DNA of 64,000 bases from Octopus sinensis (taxonomy: Eukaryota): contig NC_043024.1 in the NCBI RefSeq assembly GCF_006345805.1, positions 5,084,001-5,148,000 on the forward strand, given 5' to 3'. Position 1 is the first letter of the stretch. Each line of letters opens with the position of its first letter. The notes under the pieces are model-generated. The model had not been told where the DNA came from. It saw only the letters and a program-made list of their open reading frames with translations, and made no database searches. Shown one piece after another: positions 55,857-64,000 of the stretch. The position numbers were made by a program, and so were the translations under genes.

Positions 55857-57429
55857 AAAAGTTGTTTTTAAGTTACAATGGCTTAAAGTTCGATTATGTT
55901 TACTCATTCACAAAACAGGGTTTGGAAGCTATCATTTTGAGCATGGCAACACGTGTTGTCAAATATTTGTGAATCTGTATTCTTCACACGGTAATTTTAC
56001 TTTTGTCTCAGTCATTCGACTGTGGCCATGCTGGAGCACCGCTTGTTGTCGAACAAATCTACAACTCTCTCTCTTTTCTTCCCACGTGACCGATAGGCCA
56101 GACTGCTAGCCCTCTTTTTGCGTCTGACCACGGTCAGTGCAACATCGATATTCTTCCGTGTTTGTGAAAGTTCTATATCTCTGCCGTAAGGATTCATTTC
56201 CACACACACCAGCTGAATTCAATTCGTCCCCAGTCGAAAGTCACCTGTTGTTATGTCCTATTATTATTAATATTTTTATTGTATTTTGTATTTATATTTG
56301 TGTAACATTGTCTGTTTTTCCATCCTTGTTTTCGTATACATTCCATGCTTTCTTCCGAGGAATCTAATGCTCTTAGCTTAGGTTTTCCTTGGGGCTGGCC
56401 AGATTGGAGCAATCTCAAGATTAATCAGCCGAAATTGCGAGGATGATCTGGTTCTTTACTGGGGATAGAAAGCTTTGAATGACCCGTCCTTGTTTTTCAT
56501 AAAGGAGCCGTACTTTGGTGTGAAATAATTTTTTCCACAGGCTTTTTTGAGTGCATTCAACAACGCATTCAACAACCACCCGCCACATTCTTCTGGAAAA
56601 GAAAGGGGGAGGGGTGATGGGGGACCTTGGAGTTTCCAACCAACAGAGCTTTTTTTTTTTCTGGGTTATTTTACATGCTTTCAATGTATGTGACCTTGAA
56701 ATCACGCATAAAAGGGCTCCTTTCCTCAGAAAAGGAAAGATTCGGCCGCTATATCTTGCATGACCTTCTACCACATAACAGCTATTTTGAGTCCTTTATC
56801 GTAAATAGCTGTTGTATGGTAACAGGGCATGCTAGAAATAGCAACCAAATCTTTGGAGGTGAGATACATTGAATGCACTTGAAAAACACCTATGGAAAGA
56901 ATTTATTTCACAGTGAGGTTATGAACAGGTCTTTTATGAAATATTTACGGTATTTCTAAAGCCATTTTCACTTTAAAATATTTTTTAAATATGCTAAAAA
57001 AATTTTCGTAATGGTATTCAATTGAAAATAATAAAATTGTCTGTTTAAAGAAAGCTAAAAAATAGATACAAAAAAGCAAAAATAGAAACATTTCCCGTAA
57101 AAACAACTTTTTTTGTTGGCAAGTTAGTCATAATGTGTCTAACCAAAAGGCTAGAAATTCTTCTTTTTCAGGGTTAAGTTATTTTTGGTGTATTTTCCCA
57201 ATATGCACTGTTTTGGCTATTTATACCCACCAAAACTCCTAATATCTCATGAAGCAGTTGTCCAATTCACGCGAAACTTGTTTTATTCCGTTTGTATTCA
57301 CATTTCAGGAAAGTCTTAATTCTTAGTATTTTCCCCATTATGTGCCATTTTGGCTATGTAACATTGGAAGCAAGATTCAAGTTCATTTTTAATGTAATAT
57401 ATGTGTGTGTGTGTATAGGTCTGCCTACT

Positions 57430-57620
57430 TACAACTGCAATACAAGTATTTAGTTGTGAATAAACCATTATACTTGGCACTTGTTGCCCTGGAGAAAGGC
57501 TTTGATAGAATTCCTCAGTTGGCCACACACCAAGGTTCAACAGAACCTACTGAAGCAAGCCAACGTACTTCTGGCATTATCACAGGCGAGAGCAAGGAGT
57601 CGACATTAAAGTTTGTACTG
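57430..57620 (+). mobile_element. Degenerate RTE RT fragment
   Basis: KYLVVNKPLYLALVALEKGFDRIP. Confidence 0.6.
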
Positions 57621-59497
57621 TTTTCAAATTTTGGCACAAGGCCAGCAATTCCACGGGTGTGTGTGTGTGTGTGTGTGTGTTAAGTTGAATATGTCGATTC
57701 CAGTGCTCAATCGGTGATTATTTCCATCAACCCCCAAAAGGACGAACGACAAAGTCCACCTAGGCAGAATTTAAATACAAATGTCATGTCAGAAGAACCA
57801 CAGCTAAGCATTTTCCCCAATGTGCTAACGACCCTGCCAGTTCGCCACTTTAGTTTCTTATTAATTACTAGTGGGACCCATGTAAATTCTACAGAATTAA
57901 AGAAATTAAGAGGACCTATTTAAGAAAGAGAGGATGATTTGCATTTTTATAGCATTCATAGTTTTAGCTTTCTTTGAATATACTTGGCATCCGTCTACAT
58001 CCAATTCCTCACAACACCATCGGTGCCATCTTTTTCCTCTTTTTTATTATATCTTCTTAGTGTTCCATGCTCTAGATCTGTACATCTTTTCTCAGGCAGC
58101 TTGCAACTGTGTTTCTTGTGAATCCATAGTTTAGGCTAAATTAATCCTTAGAAACAAATATCGATCTCTTAAGTGAGAAGGCGATAAATTGCACAGAAGT
58201 GCAAGTGTTGAGTGATGGTCTCTATAAAAAAACGAAATTCTTTTTCACTATCAACACACCACCACCATCTCTCTCTCTCTCTCTCTGCCTTTCTTTAATA
58301 TCAACATCAGAACATCACCCCTCTGCTAAGATTATATTTCTAACTCTTCTCTATATCACGACCTTCGGCTAGGTTTTTTAACCATAAAATAACTATTACA
58401 TTCCCCCTATCACATGTCATACTTGCTTCTTTCTTAGTCTTTTGTCTCTCCCTTTTCTTTCTTTCTCTATTTGCCCCACTCTTTGTCTTATCATCTTTTC
58501 TCTCTCTACCCCCTTTTCTCTAATAACATGAAAGTGTTACTGACGAGCTGAGTAACAGAATGAGAAGCAGAATTATTATAAGATCACATTACTCTATTTT
58601 TCCCTCCCTTTTCTCCACTTCTGTCCCCACCCCATTTATTCCACTAATCTAATGAAAGCATAACAGCTGTACAAACAAGCTGGTTATTATATATATACAT
58701 AAATATTATTTTTGTCTGAGGTTTGGATAATATTTTTTGCAGAGTAATTACATATCACATAAGGAGACTGGAAAACAGTTTGATAGTATTTATTCAGCAT
58801 TACATGTGTTTCATTACCTAATAGGAATTACAAACTTTTAGACAAAGAGAAAACATGTAAAATATCTCCTATAAGAAATTCTTCATATATACATATATAC
58901 AAGTGTGTGAGTGTGTGTGTGTATGCACAAGTGAGTGTACCCTTGTCCAGATATTATGTGATGTCCGTAAATGGCCATCATGACTGGCATACTTGTGCAG
59001 TTCTTCATTTCCAGTCCTCTGCGTAAATTATGTCTCACCAGGGAAAATATTTCCTTGCTTGGAAACAGGTGAGGATTGGTGGCAAGAAAGGGTACCCAGC
59101 TCAGGAAAATCTCCATCAATGAATTCCATCTGATCCATTGAAGCATGGAAAAGTGAATTTTAAATGATGATTATCATCATCATTGTAGTGATATGGTTCC
59201 TCTTCTGTATGAATGCAGTTACGTTTTAATAATTGTTCATTTTCATAGATTGATTTAGCACAAATGTCTTAGGGTATGGTTTTATCTTTCATATTAATAT
59301 GACAGTGTAGAATTCTCCATTTTGATAGAATGATTAAGCACTGCTATCACAGTGATATGTTTTCCTTCCTCTGTCAATGCTCTTTTGATTCGTTAATGGA
59401 TCATTTCAAATTCATATAGTTTCTATCTTGTGTAGAGGGTTTTATGAGATACAAACTTGTCCTTCAGAAGGAATGTTATACAACCAATGTCACTGTG

Positions 59498-60115
<618 letters not shown>

Positions 60116-60165
60116 CTCTTCAAGAAAAATAAAATCGATCCTTCAAGTTTTACAGATCAACAACT

Positions 60166-60840
60166 TTGTGAGTGGATTTGGTAGATGGAAACTGAAAGAA
60201 GCCTGTCGTATATATGTATGTGTGTTTGTCCCCTTAGCATTGCTTGACAACCGATGCTGGTGTGTTTACGTCCCTGTTAATTAGCGGTTCGGCAAAATAG
60301 ACCGATATAATAAGTGCTGAGCTTACAAAAAATAAGTCCCGGGGTCGATTTGCTCGACTAAAGGTGGTGCTCCAGCATCACCGCAGTCAAATGACTGAAA
60401 CAAGTAAAAGAATAAAAGAGTATATATATAGGTGCAGGAGTGGCTGTGTGGTAAGTAGCTTGTTTACCAACCACATGGTTCCGGGTTCAGTCCCACTGCG
60501 TGGCACCTTGGGCAAGTGTCTTCTACTATAGCCTTGGGCCGACCAATGCCTTGTGAGTGGATTTGGTAGACGGAAACTGAAAGAAGCCCGTCGTATATAT
60601 GTATATATATGTGTGTGTGTGTTTGTGTGTCTGTGTTTGTCCCCCTAGCATTGCTTGACAACCGATGCTGGTGTGTTTATGTCCCCGTTACTTAGCGGTT
60701 CAGCAAAAGAGACCGATAGAATAAGTACTGGGCTTACAAAAGAATAAGTCCCGGTGTCGAGTTGATCGATTAAAGGTGGTGCTCCAGCATGGCCGCAGTC
60801 AAATGACTGAAACAAGTAAAAGAGTAAGAGTAAAAGAGAG
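60166..60840 (+). mobile_element. Two SINE family a copies (first 5'-truncated)
   Basis: Match 35168-35542; the second starts at about 60431. Confidence 0.85.
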
Positions 60841-60929
60841 AGTATATATGGAGAAATACATCTAAATCATTAATCAACTATCAGATAATACCCCATCACA
60901 TACTATATTGAACCACTACATAAGAACAT

Positions 60930-62127
60930 AATCCTTTTCCGCTTTTTGTGGAAGGGAGGAAAGCCACTTGTGAGGTGCTCCGTTTGCTGCCAGGAACCGT
61001 TAAAGGGTGGGTTAGGAATGTCTTGGTTGATGATGCGCAGACATGCGTTGAGGCTGAAGCATCCCTGGCACCACCTGGAGGGTGATAAGGTGTGGAGTCC
61101 GCTGGCAGGGGAATTTTTCCCGAGACCGGCCTCCTTAGTCAATTTTAAACCCGGTCGCATCAAAAGATGGAAACTGACTTTATGGCAAAAGGAGTGCCGA
61201 CAGGCACTCACGCTGATCCACAAGGCGGGCAAGGCCGGCTGCGGAAATACCACCTCGGTATTTTATAGAAGGCTGGTAGAGGCAAAGAACGACGACGTCC
61301 TAGGAGGGGCTCTGGGGTTTGACGAAGACCAGCTTACCAACCTGTTTAAAAAGACTTTCAGGACGGGGTATTTGGATAATTTCCAAAAATCCCTGGCCTG
61401 GCAGTGCTATAGGAATGCTTTACCTGTTCGCGAGAAGTTATCGCGGCACGGAATTTCAGTGCCACCGACGTGTCCAAGGTGCGAGTTGGACGATGAAACC
61501 GTCCAGCACGCTTTTGTACACTGTCGGAAGTTGTCCGACTTGATAAGTTACGCAGAACACGTGTTATCGCATGTGGGACGAGTACAGCTGTCGGCTGAGT
61601 CTATGATTAAGATGATACCGCCAACTGGACTCTCGAAGGAAGGTGAGGCATGTTTTCACTGCACGGTTGCAGTAGTAAAAGAATGCATGTGGCGAACAAG
61701 AATGGAAGGAGTCGCGATAGGATCCTTTGTCTCGGGCCCCGGCTTGCTCACTTACTTCAGATATCATCTGAAGAGCAAAATGGGGCTGGAAAAGAGGATC
61801 TTACCACGGGGTGTGTATGAGAAAAGATGGAAGGAAGTGGAAAAAAAGGTGGGTGTCAGAAACCCAGCTTAACTATGGAGGGAGGAGAGGAAACAAAAGC
61901 TGCGGGGCCTTATAAATTGCCGGGGTTTAAAACTTCGGTAAGATCGAAAGTCTATGTAATGTTATAATATTCTATTGGTCATGTAAAGGACAATTTACAG
62001 ACGAATTTTTATAATGAATAATCCAAATGTTATGGAAAATTTTTAATCGAACCTCCTAACTGTTTCTTGCATGTATGTCCTGTATTTGTCCTTCTATGTA
62101 ACGATTGTATAATCATAATAAAGAAAT
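60930..62127 (+). mobile_element. 5'-truncated Tx1 (element 3)
   Basis: Aligns to about 5224-6418; 3' end abuts ATGGAGTTAGTTCCC. Confidence 0.93.
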
Positions 62128-62142
62128 ATGGAGTTAGTTCCC

Positions 62143-63823
62143 TAACGTTTGACGTCGGTTGTGTTTTTCTCGGCTCGTAGAATTCGGTGAAAAAGAACAA
62201 AAAGTGTTGTTGTTGTGGAGTTTTGAACTTCGGTTGATGCGGTTTCGCGTCACACTGGTTCTGCGCGTTGCACTGTTTCTGTTTGGGCGACCGTTTTCGG
62301 TCTGAGGAGATTATGAGCCGCCTCTCCCTAACTGGTGAGATGGCCGGGAGGAATTTATTTGAAAGTTTGCTGGAATTGTCAACATCTGAGGAGGAGTTGG
62401 AAGAAGCAGTGGCAAAAATGGACAGGAAGCTGGAAAGTACCTACGCAGGAATAATGAGGAAGTCGATAGAAAAAGAGGTGGACCTGGCTAAACTACCAGG
62501 CTTCCAGAATTTTATGAAGGAGGAGGAAAACGGCGAAGTCGAGCTGTCACCTCCAGCAAAGCGGAGCGAGTGGTTCAATCGTAGAACCATAAAATATAGA
62601 GTGTACGTGAATGGAGGAAGAAAGATGGAAATAGTCAATATGGAAGTTATTGAAGAGGCATTGAAACAGACTGGAGAGGAAATTGTTTACCTGACTGGAG
62701 GAATGGAGTATGGAACGGTAACGGTGCAGTATAGAAGTGAGAACGTCGCCAAAAAAATAGCAGCCAAGGTGGTGAAGACCGAGAAAATATACTTACTGCC
62801 CTCGTATCTAAATAGAAGGACCACAAGAATTAGGGTGGAGGGAATACCTCCACACCTAGAGGGTGAATACATAACGGCAGCGGCGATTAAGGGAAACGAG
62901 GAAAAGGTGGACATCCTCCACGCCACGATGAAATACGAAGGCGTGAGAGGTGCTACCTTGGACATGAATATACAGACGGAGGCGGAAACAATGGAAAGGC
63001 TGACAGATACTATAAGAACAGGGAACATTATTATGAGAGTGTGGGTGGAGGGCAGGGCACCCAGGTGCTATAAGTCTGGCCTGAGGGGTCACATAAGAGC
63101 CTACTGCCCTCCCCCACCAAAGGAAAAGGAAATCGTTACGGAACCCCAAAAGAAGGAAGACACTAAAGAAAAGGAGAACCAAACAGAAAGGGAAGCAACT
63201 GAAGAGGAGGAGATCCAGCAAGAGTGGCAAGAAGGGATAAAAAAAAGGAAAAGAAAGAAAAAAGAAAACAGTACGAAACCCCAACCCACCCGTACCCTCT
63301 GAGTCCCATCCCTCCCCTGCAAACAGCGATTCCACCCACTCCCCGCCTACAAGAAAAACAAAAACAAATGCAGACACACAGAAAGAACAAAGTCCCAGGA
63401 CCTATTTTTTGTGTGTTGCGAGGAGAAGGGACACCCAGAACCCGAAAAGGATGGTACATAAAGACTTATGGCCCGAACATGAAGATGGTAGTTACGCGGT
63501 TTTGGAATTTGAATTTATGGAGACATTGGTGAGGAAGGGTGAGGAAGAGCGTATAAAACGGATGACAGTGCCGATGCAGGGTGAAATGATAGAGATGTAT
63601 GAAAGGAAAACGAAGAGTGTGATAGAAAAACTAGGAATTGTAATTGGAAATGGGTGATAAAGGACAGGTAAGTGATGCTGGCGGATGGGGCCGAGAGCGT
63701 CGCTTTCATATTATCATTTTTTCATTTGATAATTCATTGTTCATAAATTTAATTATAATGTTCTATGTCCCCAATGTTTTGTAATGTCCCCTCTTCGTCG
63801 CCCCTGGTAGGTAATAAAGAAAT
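62143..63823 (+). mobile_element. ORF1-only Tx1-related element (HAL1-like, element 4)
   Basis: 5'UTR, ORF1, about 165-nt 3'UTR ending ggtaataaagaaat; 13-bp TSD ggagttagttccc (62130-62142 / 63825-63837). Confidence 0.8.
62313..63657 (+). pseudogene. Tx1-type ORF1 (gag-like), frameshifted in its C-terminal part
   Basis: Aligns with ORF 1123-1959 (LLPSY..RT..VEGIP, RVWVEGR.PRC); knuckle CYKSGLRGHIRAYC. Confidence 0.75.
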
Positions 63824-63824
63824 C

Positions 63825-64000
63825 GGAGTTAGTTCCCGTTGTTAATTGTAAAAACTCTTCCTCATTAAGTGTATTTCTTGTTCTTGTTTCTCACGCACCT
63901 TCATTGTTTGATCAGTTCCACCTGGCAACTGATATTTAAGAGAAAATCCAATCAAATATATACAAATGATTAGTAATTAACTGTCTAAAGAAACAGATAC
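63825..64000 (+). repeat. Start of a further ZNF module (motif and CCAAT region), runs out of the window
   Basis: Near-identical to 37178-37340 and 6420-6570. Confidence 0.85.

Overview
Eukaryotic, AT-rich, microsatellite-rich genomic DNA. The repeat families and [17 protein letters not shown]-type fingers suggest a coleoid cephalopod such as Octopus; this is an inference and was not verified. The backbone is a tandem cluster of C2H2 zinc-finger gene modules (paired CCAAT boxes, GTAAGT donor, intron, one large finger exon, shared 3' tail). It holds three long open ZNF ORFs (8378, 39563, 46779), two pseudogenes (51987 + strand, 60115 - strand), one stray finger fragment and two partial modules. 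It is heavily invaded by Tx1/L1, RTE, CR1 and R2/HERO-type LINEs, two tRNA-derived SINE families, mariner, hAT and Helitron relics, and MITEs. Most notable: (1) a 17.3-kb segment (12280-29589) bounded by perfect 24-bp terminal inverted repeats and a perfect 9-bp target-site duplication, filled with older decayed cargo; (2) Tx1 elements sitting at or next to one short motif (GGAGTTAGTTCCC) at the head of the ZNF modules, including an ORF1-only element, plus a SINE that carries the Tx1 3' tail; (3) a type-I hammerhead ribozyme-like motif at 24983-25114; (4) stop codons confined to TGEKP linkers with intact fingers beyond them. All alignments were read by eye and no database search was run. Internal boundaries of decayed repeats are approximate to tens of bp.
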